The translations under genes and the position numbers were made by a program. This document shows, piece by piece, positions 1 to 12,084 of a stretch of 64,000 nucleotides of DNA. The DNA is from Tubulanus polymorphus (Eukaryota; Animalia; Nemertea), in contig NC_134033.1 of assembly GCF_964204645.1 (NCBI RefSeq), forward strand, positions 5,418,231 through 5,482,230, in the 5' to 3' direction. Numbering within the stretch: the stretch's first letter is position 1; the number at the start of each line of letters is the position of its first letter. The notes below the pieces were generated by a model. It saw only the letters and a program-made list of their open reading frames with translations, was not told the origin of the DNA and made no database searches.

Positions 1-618
1 AGTTGCTGTCGATGTGTGCGCTATGGACCTAGCGACCGACATGAGCCACGCAGTTGCTGGTTTTCATTAGATTTTCAATGTGTGCGCTTACTCGCTCACT
101 AGCAACTAGTTGTCTCCAGTCGTTTAATGAAAAGATCATCGATTCAGTGCGTGTTGCGCCAATTTGGTTTAGAATGCCAATAAATGAAGAATTCGACAAT
201 TACCAAACACAGTTTACGATTCGGTAAATACCTAACTGGGGCAAAAAAAATCCAGATCCCGACTATATCGATTTAGGGGTAGTTTACTGTACAACTACAA
301 ACATTCCGAATAATCTGTTCCTCAAAATTGAAGTTTTAAAGAAGTTTTGGGCATTTTGTTCAAATCAAAGGAGTTTCGAACACCTTCATGAGCGTTTTTC
401 CGTTTTGAAGGAGTTTTCAGGGAATCAAGGAGTCGTAGGGCTCCCGTAAAAACGAAATTATAGCATCACAGTACATAGGCCCTACTTTTCTTTAAATCAA
501 ATGGTATTTCTACAAGTTATCATGATTATCGTCATCGTAACCTTTTTATGTAAGACTCTATCGTTTATAATAATAGTATAGCTAGCGCTGGTGGAATAGG
601 ATCGGTATCTGCACTTAC

Positions 619-3600
619 TTGATAGAGGCTTGCAGCATAGCTGGATCATCTTTCACAGACAGAATCAAAGGTAGAATTTGCTGCAATAATAAAATGTCGA
701 TGACAAGTTTTATTTGAGTCTGGATTCAATTCCACTGTTGTGTGGGTTTAATTTGACTCTGGATCCAGTTCGGCAGTTGTGCAGTTTAGTTTGACTTTGG
801 ACTCAGTTCTGCAGTTGTTATGTGGGTTTAATTTGAGTCTGGATTCAATTCCACAGCTGTTGTGTGGGTTTAATTTGACTTGCATTTAACGTGTATCTTG
901 TATGAACACGTATTTAGATTTGGCAAACAAAAAATCTACCAGACGCTTCAAAATACGACAGAAATGATGGCGTCGTTATCTTAATAACAATCGCGGCCGT
1001 TGACTTACCAGCTGAACGACCTTACTGAGCCCGAGTTGAACGCGAGCCGATCGCGTGGTAACGTCCTCGTCTTGTAGCAGCTTTAGCAACGTTTCCAACA
1101 ATTCTGCGAAATAAGAAGTAAATGACAGCTCATCGAAAAGAAGAACAACATCAGTAAATGGGATGAGGACAACGCTAATGTGGCAAGCGAGTCAACCTCT
1201 TTCATTAGTAAATGAAACTTCAGTTCAATCCTGTGAACGAGAGGAACCGGCAATCGCAGGGACGAACTTAGGGAGTGATCTCAACGGTCCAGATCAGCAT
1301 TCCTAATGAGGTTGCCCTCAGTGATCGAGACAAGGATCTTTAAAACATCCTCTCGGGAATTTTAAACTTGTAAGATCTACGCACGTACTTCTTTGAAAAT
1401 ATCTCAATACCAAGGGTGGGACCATGACACTACTGACTAAAACAAAGCGAAATGATGCTCAAAGATGCCCTCAAGAATATTTGCTAGATAACACATCTCA
1501 GTCGCTGTCGATATACGCGCTGTGGACCTAGAGACTGCTATGCAGTCGCTGGTCGCTGCATATTATCAGCTGCTATTTCGATGTACACTATAGCCTTCAT
1601 AGCCTATCTATTCAATCACTCAGATAATTTTTCGGAACTTTCAGCATTTTTAGAACTTCCAGTTCTAACCAATGGACTTTCCGATACCCAGGAGGTCCCA
1701 CTGTATATAGAACTATCAGTTTTAACGAACAGATTTTCTGGTCTCCTGAAGTTCGCTGTAACGAGGTACCGTTGTATATAGAACTATCAGTTACAACAAA
1801 CAGATTTTCGGATGCCCTGAAGTTAGTTCTAATAAGGGTTCCGCTATCTATGAACTCAGATGCCTCCAAATTCTACCATTTCAAATTTTGAGGAAGTGTC
1901 TATGTCGCTTACATATCCCAATTACTCCTCTTCATACTGTTAATTCAGTGACTACGACCTAGACTTGGTTTTAAATTAGATTTAAAAAACCTGCTCCTCA
2001 ACTGTACAGATTTAGGCATAGTCTACTGAACAACTACAAACTAAACAAAAATCTCTAATGGCCTAGATTTCTCGAATTCGAAACCATCTTAGTAGTTTTA
2101 AGCATTTTGCTCAAACCAAAGGATTCTCAAGCACCTGTAGGCCTAAAAGCACTTTCCGTAAAAGAGTTTTTGAGGAATCAGGGAGCCATAAGAACCCAGT
2201 TCATGGTCACTATTATTTGATTCGTTTTTTCCCTGACTTGCCCATGACATGTACACGTTGTTTTTGAAGACCTTGCCCGCCGAAATTCCAAACGATTAAC
2301 ACCACAGTCAAATATACGAGAAAAAACATACACAGAGACTATAAGATTATACACACGATTCAATCTCAACTAATTTCCAAGACCTTTCCCGGATTTTAAA
2401 ATATTTCACAAAAATTCATTTTTATTTCACTTGCTCCCCCCTGACTATTCCCCGACACGCACGTTGTTACCCTCCTGACTTGATCCGCTAAGAACCCAAT
2501 TAATTAACGCGCAACGCATAGATGGAAACTGTTTGATTACGTGCATGATCTCGAAATTCTAACGTATTTACATCACTTCACCACGGAATCGTGGCTGTTC
2601 TTGATCAGGCAATCTCAACCAGTTCTCAAGACTCCCCTCCCCCTGATTTCTAACTATTTTAGAAATCCATTTTCTTTTTATTCAAAGAAAGAAACATTCC
2701 CCCCCCCCCCGATGTTTCCCCGATTTCCTGCGGTAAGCGTACGCCCTACAATATGCTCGAATAAAAGAAAAATGAGAATTAAGACAGTAAGAACATCGAT
2801 AGGTACCTAATTTAGACGAGGCGGTCACTATGGGCATCTTCCAGATGGCGGTTAACGAATTCCACATTCTCGTACGGCGCGGAAAAACAATATCAGATAT
2901 ACGATATACTGGGTGAAACAATGCCCGATAAAACAATGCCGTTGTCGAAAAACAATGCCGGATAAAACAATGTTCGATGAAACAATGCCGGATAAAGCAA
3001 TGTCGTTCTCGGGGAAAAAAATGTCCGATAAAACGATACCAGTTAGAACGAAATTGCTCAGTGGTAAGTGAACAAAAAATGTTGCAGCAGCAGCAGCAGC
3101 AGTTAGCACCGTGCGGACCACGCGGACTGGATCGAAGTGTTCGCCGCGACGCGGGTTACCCCGAAAAATACCCAGTGCCCGCCCGCGCGTAGAATCGCGT
3201 GATTGGCTCGTGTACGCGCGCGGCGTTTGATTGGTCGGCTGCCGCCGTCGCTGAATGACGCAAAGTGGTTTCGTTCATTAAATTCGGTTTATCGTCTTAA
3301 TTCACGTATAGGTGCGTAGGGTGTGATCTATTTACAGTCGGATATTGACGGCGTTATTTAATGGAAGCCTCCGCTCGTTTACGTACACTCAGCGACGATG
3401 ACATCAGACGCCGGATGCGACTTTGAAGCGTTGCGTTCGATCGTGTGGGCAAAAAAAAAAGAGAGATCTATCGCTAGATTACGCGACGATCAGCTGAATT
3501 GAATGAAATGCGACTAAAAAAAGAATCCCCTTTCCCCTCCGCGGAAGTTTATTGGCGGAGTGTTTACCACAATTGGAAGCTTAGCTCTCCATTTAAGCCA

Positions 3601-6600
3601 GAGGACCCATTGACGGCTAACCTCGAACGTGCGCTACGCTAGCTAGCAGCCCTCATTCTCGGACCACGGGCAGCTGCTAGCTCCCTGACGAAAGCCAATT
3701 GTTTAAAAAACCCAGAATTCTTAATCTTTCCTTGAAGGACAGAGAGAGTGAGGAGATGAGAGAGAACAAGGGAAGAGGAAGAGAGAGTGAGGGGGTGAGA
3801 GATGGAGGGAGGGGAAGGGAGAGGGGAGGGGGAATGAGGGGGAGGGGGATGGAGAGGGGGAGAGGAGAGGGAAAGGGAGATAGGGAGAGGGAGGAAGGGA
3901 GGGAAAGGGAGAAAGGGAGAGAAGTCCCGTGTCAAGTGCGCAAAAACGTCGTGACATTTTAATACCGACGCTGAGATATTTTTAACCTCTCTGGTCGGGC
4001 GATGAGAATCACGTGCAGGGAGCGAACGTATATTTAGATCTGTCGACACGAGAGCACCTGCCCGGCTTCTCGATATATTAGATAATAAACAAGTGCCTCA
4101 TCGCCTTTCGATCTGCCATACCGGCAAAATCTTTGGAAAAGGAGTAGAGTAGGCCTGCTTTTTAGTTTTGAGCACAAAAATCGATGGACGTGCAGTTAGC
4201 CTTTCAGGATGAAATTTAGGCGTAGTACCACGCTCAATTTTGATGATATACATGGTAATGGGTTTCCCCAAGACTCACTAGCAAATGGCGGGCCAATCAA
4301 TACTATGTTCGATATGTATTGATTTAATGAAGTGACTGGGGAAGCCCCGACGGCATCTATCAGTGAATTTGCAAACTGAAGGGCTTTTCCAGTGATGTCA
4401 TTATCAAAAACAAGGTCAGGTCAAAATTGGTCGAATGGGGAAACGTGTATTGAAATTTTGTACATTTTCTGCCAACACTACCATACCGCTTTGAGCTGAT
4501 GGACGAAACTTGCCATATCAATTCCAATACCTATATAACTCCTGATGACAAAATATCAGCTGTGTTTATCCAGTGGTTACAATTTGTGTGCCACCAAGAG
4601 CTAACAGAAAGTTACTCATATCAACACTGTTGATCGTAAAAATGCGTTTTCAAGGCAAAAACCAAATAGGCCTATAAAGACAATCCGAAACTTCCCAAAA
4701 TAACTGGATTCCGTCTACGGAAACCCCTCTAAGGTTAGGCCTATATCGCGATCATAGAATTGGATGAATCCGAGATGGATTTTAATTGAATGTGATTAGA
4801 AATCTGGGAGTTATTGGTGCATTAGCAACACCTGGTGGATCCTCACCACAATTAAATCGTCAATTTCTTCAGCAATTGACAGCCTACTACACACTAGTGA
4901 CGCCTGGTGGATCCTCACCATGGTTAGAATCGTCAATTTCCTCGGTAATTGATGTCCTATTGCACGCTAGCGACGCCTGGTGGATCCTCACCACGGTTAG
5001 AATCGTCAATTTCCTTAGTAATTGATGTCCTATTGCACACTAGTGACACCTGGTGGATCCTCACCACGGTTTGAATCATCAATTTCCTTAGTAATTGATG
5101 TCCTATTGCACACTAGTGACACCTGGTGGATCCTCACCACAGTTAGAATCGTCAATTTCCTTCGTAATTGATGTCCTATTGCACGCTAGTGACACCTGGT
5201 GGATGTTCACCGCGGTTAGAATCATCTATTGCCGCAGTAATTCATATAGTCAAGACCCTGGAGCCCACTAGCGTCACCTGGTGCACAAGCGGAGTCAAAC
5301 AGAGAGTCCTAAATCCGATCATCTCTGACAAACTAATGGAATATCGGCAGCCGCGCGTGTGATGTCATTTATTAAGTCATCATTTATGAAACCCATCTGG
5401 TAGACGTGCGTCAATTTCTATACGCGATGACGTACCACAATTTCCTCTTAAATTGCTAGGCTACAAAGTCATTATTTCTCTCCCCGTTTTGAAAGTTTAG
5501 CAGCAGTAGACAGAGCACGTGGCAGGTGATTAATTGACACAACGTGACCGTGCTGACGTCCCTACGGATCAATTATCTTGGATATCGGGGCCCGGTTTCA
5601 TACTATGCGGAAGAAAAATATTACCTGGAAATATTATGAAAATTCGTCAGTTATAACCGCGGTTTCTCGCTGTTACCACAATGGTTATCAACCGGATTAA
5701 GGATTTACCCCTAGGGATAACTTTGATACTCAGTCTACCGCGACCAGTAGTTCCGAATAAGAACCTCGCCTATTACTCCTCACGCAGCCCGTATCCGCCC
5801 TATCACTCCTCAAGCCACCCGTATCCACCCTGACTATTACTCCTCAAGTCACCCGTATCCGCCCTGACGATCACTCCTAAAGCCACCCGTATCCACCCTG
5901 ACTATCACTCCTCAAGCAGCCCGTATCCGCCCTGACTATCATACTTCAAGCCACCCGTATCCACCCTGACTATCACTCCTAAAGCTGCCCGTATCCACCC
6001 TGACTATCACACCTCAAGCTGCCCGTATCCACCCTGACTATTACTCCTCAAGCCACCCGTATCCACCCTGAATATCACTCCTAAAGCTGCCTGTATCCAC
6101 CCTGCCTATCACACCTCAAGCTGCCCGTATCCACCCTGACTATTACTCCTCGAAAGCCGCCCGAATCCACCCTGACTATTACTCCTCGAAAGCCGCCCGT
6201 ATCCACCCTGACTATTACTCCTCAAGGCGCTCATAACGGACGTAAATGCTTTTACTTTCATGACACCAACTTTATGGAATGTCTTACCACAGGAAATTCG
6301 TGAAAGTCTAACTGTCTCATGTTTTAAATCACGTTTAAAAACTTTTTATTTTAGAAATCTGTACAATTAGTGTTTAATCTGCTTTTGTTTTATCTGTTTT
6401 TTTAATAATGTGAAGTGCAATGATTATGTTTTATAGAAATGCGCTTTATAAGTAAATAAATTATTATTATTATCATTATTATCATATCCGCCCTGCTCAT
6501 TAATCCTCAAGCCACCGGAATTCACCCTGACACCTTTTTCCTATGCTGCACAAAAATGCTTAGGCCCTATAGGCCTAGGCCTAATGGGATTCGAACCCGA

Positions 6601-7199
6601 TAGCTTTTGATAAACTATAATAATGATAATAATAAAATCTATTTTTATATAGCGCTAAATCTCATAATGACTCAAAGCGCTTTACAGATAGAATATTCAA
6701 CATAACAGATAATTTGAAATACAGTATTCACTTGAGCTAAAAAATTTCAGTTGTAAGTTCCATTGTAGTCGAACTAAGCAAAACCGAATGTCAGTCAGTA
6801 GGAACTAGAGTCCCGAAATAGTTCGGAAATCAAGCGCAATCGGTTATCAGATCCGACCACTAGTCGACTAGCTACGAAAACCGAATTTGGCCTAGGCTAC
6901 AAATGCGAATTTTGGCGTTCATATTGTAAATGAATAATACATTTCGTGGCTCTAATTTCTATCGGAAAAATCTGTTTTCAATAATGATTAGTCAGGATTA
7001 TTATCGACAGCTGTACATTAATTTTTCTTCGAGGTGTAAAAATAATCTAAACTCGAAATCATCGAGCTTTTTTTTTTGGTTTTTTTTTTAACCCCGCAAC
7101 CAGTCTCTCATTAGTGAACATTTCAAATAACCTACCGATATCCGGTAATTCGTAAGCCACTGATTTCAATCCGGCCGGGTTCATTAACATCCATTCCAT
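619..7199 (-). CDS. tim: Timeless (tim1-type circadian clock protein), 5' exons; gene continues past the left edge
   Basis: Coding exons are 7199-7136 (MEWMLMNPAGLKSVAYELPDI, donor G|gtaggt), 1103-1009 (acceptor ttcgcag; E-LLETLLKLLQDEDVTTRSARVQLGLSKVVQL; donor gtaagt) and 680-619 (acceptor tgcag; QILPLILSVKDDPAMLQASI; donor gtaagt). The phases join in frame. The peptide matches the TIMELESS N-terminus as I recall it (ED..R..R.QLG...V...LIPL....DD), and the MEW-x-LMN start is typical of tim1 rather than timeout. Confidence 0.85.
710..880. repeat. ~39-bp tandem repeat (ccagttccacagttgtgtgggtttaatttgactctggat family)
   Basis: About 4 degenerate units. The same family recurs at about 24995-25140 (opposite strand) and 45780-46225. 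Confidence 0.75.
3740..3922. repeat. GA-rich purine low-complexity tract
   Basis: Visible directly in the sequence. It accounts for the overlapping spurious ORFs here. Confidence 0.85.
4826..5225. repeat. 59-bp minisatellite, about 7 units
   Basis: Unit cactagtgacacctggtggatcctcaccacggttagaatcgtcaatttccttagtaattgatgtcctattg, repeated in tandem. Confidence 0.9.
5770..6225. repeat. ~35-bp minisatellite, about 13 units
   Basis: Unit gtatccaccctgactatcactcctcaagccaccc in tandem. Confidence 0.9.
6245..6484 (+). mobile_element. 3' end fragment of an L2/CR1-type LINE
   Basis: Translates to AFTFMTPTLWNVLPQEIRESLTVSCFKSRLKTFYF, resembling an L2 ORF2 C-terminus. It is followed by gcgctttataagtaaataaa and a (tta)n tail. 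Confidence 0.7.
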
Positions 7200-7908
7200 G
7201 GCGAACGATCGAATGCGTCCTCAGCCCGGCTGAAGAATATATATATATATAAGTGCGCGTGGTAGAACTCCAAGTAATATCTCAACACGAATTCAACTGA
7301 AAATATGAATGGGAAATCATTAATATTCAATTCAATTCAATTCCATTTTTATTTGCTGAGAATCTGTAATCAGCTATCTTACTAGGCCTAGTACAACACA
7401 ACGGTAAATCGGTTCTTGAAAGCGAAATTAATTCAGATTAATCGATGCGGTTTTTCCGAGCGAAAGCTGGGTTAGTGCCGTACGGCAACGAAGCAAAGAC
7501 ATCAAAGCGGATAAAAATAGGCCTTAAAGCTTCAATGGATCCGTCGATTGATGATGATGATGATGATGATGATGAATTCAATTTTTGATAATAATCATTA
7601 GCCTAATAATCGTTGATAATCTATTCATCGATGAACACGCGTTTCTAAGTTAGGATTTCATTCACCAAGAACCGTAGCGTCTGATGTACCGCAGACACGA
7701 CTAAGACACGAACGACATTTTCTCGATACTTTTCAATCACTGTGACTTTAAACCACCAGTAATTCAGTTTCGCTAAACTGATTGTGAACAATGAACTATC
7801 ATTACAAACCTCACACATTCAGTTTTCTTTATAAGTAATGCATTCGGATACCCGACTTATCACGTCGAATTTCGACTTAATTACTCAAAATTGTGAACAA
7901 AATCAGAC

Positions 7909-8451
7909 AGGTGATATTTTGCCGATGCGGCATTATTCCTGTAAATGCTATTTTGCCAATGGCGCGTTCTGATTGGCTTATTGACGCCGCGTATGTGCAC
8001 TGAGGTACGCGACTTAGAAAATTCAAGGAAAGTGTGGAGAACGGAGTTAGAGGAAATAGAACGGATCGAGCGAGACTCGAACCCGGGCCAGTAAATTACT
8101 AGCGCAGCGTCGTACCACTAGACCACCGAGCTCGCTGACAGCCGGTCGAATGTTTTAACTATCTATAGTACTTCAACTTACCCTAATCCTATCCCTAGGG
8201 GTAAAAACGGAACCCGCTGGACCCTCTTCTCTCCCTCACGACACTAACCCTATTGAAACCCTAACCCAAAACCCAATAAATTGATTTTATTGTTACTTTA
8301 TTTTATTAGTTAATACTATATAATGTACGGTAAAATAGTGGAAGTAAATACTTTGCCGTATACCGTTAAATATCCACTTCGTATTATATATAGCCATTGG
8401 CAAAATAGCATAATTCTAAAATAATGCCGCATTGGCAAAATATCCACTTCC
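7909..8451. mobile_element. MITE-like element with ~60-bp terminal inverted repeats, containing a tRNA-derived SINE head at 8060-8133 (minus)
   Basis: gatattttgccgatgcggcattat...gctattttgccaatggc is mirrored by gccattggcaaaatagc...ataatgccgcattggcaaaatatc. On the minus strand it carries an A box TGGTCTAGTGG and a B box GGTTCGAGTC. Confidence 0.65.
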
Positions 8452-8916
8452 AAAAAATCATCTCGTGCGTCACCTTTTTTACTCTTAGAAGAGGGGATTC
8501 CGTAGGTTAGTCATTGTCATTGATAACGGTTTTGTGCATTCCATTCACTTAAACGTCATACGACAATTCCATCAATTAAGAGTCCTGCTCCCTGTATCAC
8601 AGACAGACAGACAGCGATTGATGACAGTGTTGTGCAATTTTTCAATCAAAAATCCAATTCATTCAATTCAATATGATATTAACCTGACGATGATCTCTAG
8701 GGTGAGATGGAAACGTCGTGTCTTATATATATTTTAGATTGAATAAATAAATTCTTGTTTTTAAATACTTTTAATCTGTAGATAGTGGGTTTTTATCTTA
8801 TTATCCGTTCACCACGTTTGAGTGTGGTAATCGTTCAATATGATATTGATTGATAAACAGTAGCGAGTAGGCCTAGGTGGAGTCAGCAAAGCATCCCTCC
8901 CTCTGCTGGATCCGCC

Positions 8917-9311
8917 CACAGGGGCTCGTATCAGAGTTGTAAGTAGGAAACGATAATCTGTTAATCCAATGTCTATAGTATATATAAAATAACAAGGGGG
9001 CTACGACGCTCACAAACTACTCAACTTCAGTCGCTTACTATTTCGCTATACACTTATGGGGTAAAAGTGCAGATCCGCACCTCTCGTGATTGACACAATC
9101 TGCTGAATGACAGAATCCAGGCTAAAATTTTTCTACTCTCTCTCTAGTGAAGATATCTTAAAATTAGCCAATGGCAATGTACTGAATTACTGATGACATT
9201 TTGAATCTGAAACAATGATAATTGATTGAACCGTTTTTACGCGCGCGGATATCTGCACTTTTACCCGTTATCGTTTTTACATTACCTACAACTCTGATAC
9301 GAGCCCCTGTG
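8917..9311. mobile_element. Non-autonomous TIR transposon with 8-bp target-site duplication (P/hAT-like)
   Basis: TIR CACAGGGGCTCGTATCAGAGTTGTA at both ends; GATCCGCC duplicated at 8909-8916 and 9312-9319. Confidence 0.85.
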
Positions 9312-9368
9312 GATCCGCCCCCTGATCTTAACTAGCAAAGACTAAAGAGTAGGAAAAATTCGACGTAC

Positions 9369-9449
9369 CTTTCAAACTACGATCAATCACTTGAAACGAT
9401 GCCGAATAGATGCGTAATTCATTGTCCAATGAACCAATCTCGGAGAGAG
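9369..9449 (-). other. Probable 5'-UTR exon of timeless
   Basis: Bounded by an acceptor tattttgacag and a donor AAG|gtacgt. It lies upstream of the ATG exon, whose acceptor ttcttcag is at 7232-7230. Confidence 0.55.
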
Positions 9450-9899
9450 CTGTCAAAATATATAAGACTAAAAACACGTAACGGGACTAGGAATAGCGGC
9501 AGGACTTCTCATGTTCCAGGCTGAATTAAATTCAAAGCGTCTTTATTGCACTGAAATTGGGATCCAAGCAAGTGTAGTTGGAGAAAATGAAGAAAAATCA
9601 TCTCTAGTTTACGCAAATAATGTCGTTATTTTCACAAAAAGTGAAGAAATTGCCCGCGCAAAAAGTAATCGGTAACTTGCGTTTCCATGTCCGAATCCGC
9701 GATTTAGGCTCATACAAAACAGCAACTATCAACCTCTCACCTGAAATATCCATTTCACGATTTAAACGAAGAAAAGATCTTACGATGCGACAAACTTTTT
9801 CAATAGTAAACTGAGCGAAGCTAAATATGCAATATGGGACTGAATCATGGTAAAGAATCGAATGATTTGGCATGGCTTTGAAATTAAACCCTAGTCGAC

Positions 9900-10110
9900 G
9901 TTTCGGCCCAAACAACGGAATAAGATTTGAGATAAAATTTTAGAGAGACTCTTTTATGCGTTAGAAAAGCCCCGTGATCTTCTTTTCGATTGCTCTACTT
10001 TTCTATCGCGGGCAATTACCAGGGTAGACTGGTTGCCTCAAGATAGCGACCGGTAACCAGTTGATTACCAGGGTCACGTGATATACAAAATGGCGGACGG
10101 CTTCGAACTT
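9900..10110. promoter_or_regulatory. Putative bidirectional promoter between timeless (minus) and CWC15 (plus)
   Basis: E-box TCACGTGA (CACGTG at 10075-10080) next to a YY1-type CAAAATGGCGG (10086-10096), in a CpG-rich stretch with divergent exons on both sides. Confidence 0.6.
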
Positions 10111-10241
10111 GAATTTTGATTTTCTAAGCCGAATTTTGTGAGCGAATTATTCCGTAATTTAGGCATCTAACGCCGTTGAGTAATCGTCGCCTGTTAGAAG
10201 AGACGCCCGTGAATAAAAAGCGCATTCATTTTGTTCGATAA
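10085..10241 (+). other. Probable non-coding first exon of CWC15 (start approximate)
   Basis: Donor AA|gtaagt at 10242. The matching acceptor ggtttcag ends at 12034, 50 nt before the CWC15 ATG. Confidence 0.55.
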
Positions 10242-10655
10242 GTAAGTGTTCTCGGCGTGTAAACCTCTCGTGAAAATCTCTCAAAATAGACTAGAACGGC
10301 ATTCGCGCTATTTACCACCGGGAAACGATTAAATCATTGTTGCCGTTCGGGGGAAACGTCGGTTTACTTAGTAAGTTAGTCGATAAAGTGATCGGAATCA
10401 CACAGGGGCTCGTATTTGAAGTTTGGGGAGAACTGTTGCTTAGATCATCCAATATCCAAGACTAAGGTACTAAAATTAAGAAAACCGAAAGGGTGTAAAC
10501 TCACAGACACTTCGTCGATTTGAATTCGCTATTACTCCTAAAATATCCAAAGGATTTAGATAAAATCTGTTTTGAATTGTTCAAAACATCCTATATTTTC
10601 TAAATATGTCTTACTGAAGGCCATTTGATAACGTTTCCACTCTAAATGCGCCGGA

Positions 10656-11081
10656 GCGGTCCTCCTTATTACCGAGATGACGTATTTTACCGAGATCAAC
10701 CGAGATGACATGAAATATAACATATTTATTTATTCCTTATCGATTTTAACACTTGAAATCATATTATATCAGTAATAAATGCCTGCTGGAGTCATATTTT
10801 ACATATTTTGTCGGATATTTTTGTAGTAGAAAAATAACTTTTAACTTTACCGAGATGAGATCGTCGATCAATCAAATGCCATGAAATTCTATTGCTAACC
10901 GAGATTACATATTTGAAGTCAAAATTTTTTTCACAAAATATCCGGAAAAATATGACTTAAGAAGGTATTTATTACTGATATAACATCGTTTCAAGTGTTA
11001 AAATCGATAAGGAATAAATAAATATGCTATATTTCATGTCATCTCGGTAAATTACGTCATTTCGGTAATAAGGAGAACCCC
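10656..11081. mobile_element. Fold-back MITE with ~180-bp inverted arms
   Basis: ctccttattaccgagatgacgta...tcgattttaacacttgaaa is mirrored by tttcaagtgttaaaatcga...tacgtcatttcggtaataaggag; gccgga is present on both flanks. Confidence 0.8.
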
Positions 11082-12084
11082 GCCGGAGACCCCCAAAATA
11101 CCAAAATATCCTGTACGGCAAATGCTATGGCAGCCAAAAACCTCTACCTTTCAACTTCAAGTGAAGAGCTCGTGGTGATTTCAGCTTCCAAAATCCAACA
11201 AACGATACATCGATCGAAGCACAACATCTTATATTTTGTTCATTACCAAAATTTATTCATCATTCAAATGAACGTATTCTGAGCTTAGGAGAGCAAAATT
11301 TGCAGAAAAACCGGAAAAAATAACTGATAACAAAAGCAAATTCAGATTTGATTTTATTGCGCAATCTTAATATTGGACATCTTTTTATCCGGACCTTTCC
11401 ACTGGAAACCCTGTGTATATTTGGCGGGTGCTGTGATAATGGATTTCAAGTGTCTAAAAATCCAGTTCAAACTTCATTGAAAATTAACTAATTTTGACGA
11501 TGTAAGACCGAGTTCTCGTGACGCCATCTGGTAGGATAGCCGGTGTTGCGGTGTCCCCATCGAGGCGCTAGGAATTGACCAACTGATTAACGGGGTCCAG
11601 TTCCTCAGTTCCGGGTAAAGATTTAACTCTTGAGTTAACTCATCGAAAATGAACTTACTTTAACTCACAGTTAACTCTTAACTCACAGTTCAAAAGCATT
11701 CCATTTCGAACTTCAAGATGTGACAGATAAGAAGTTCATTATTCTTATTAATTCTGGCGATTTGTTTTATTCTACGAGTTTACTTAAGAACGAAAGATTT
11801 CATCGCACAGTTCAAACATATTTCAGTCTCAATGCAAGTGGATGAAATTGGAGAAACATTTTGCTTTGAAATGTTCTTGAAAATCACCGAGTGGGGATTT
11901 TAGAAACTTTGAATGTTTGGGGATTTTTACCCAGGGGATATTTACCTACAACCCTAACTCACAACCGGGAAACTGGGTCCCGCTCTTCGTGATGTCATCA
12001 ATTTTCGTCACGATTGTTTACTCTTCGGTTTCAGATTAGAAGGGTAAGGGTTAAATCGAAGAGCGTCGGAATTAAGAAAACGAA

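Noticed and set aside
8060-8133. tRNA gene
   Set aside because: It has A and B boxes but no convincing cloverleaf and sits inside a repeat, so I treated it as a SINE head.
9369-9449. LSEIGSLDNELRIYS as the missing coding exon of timeless
   Set aside because: It lies upstream of the MEWMLMN start exon, so the order is wrong. Kept as a UTR exon.
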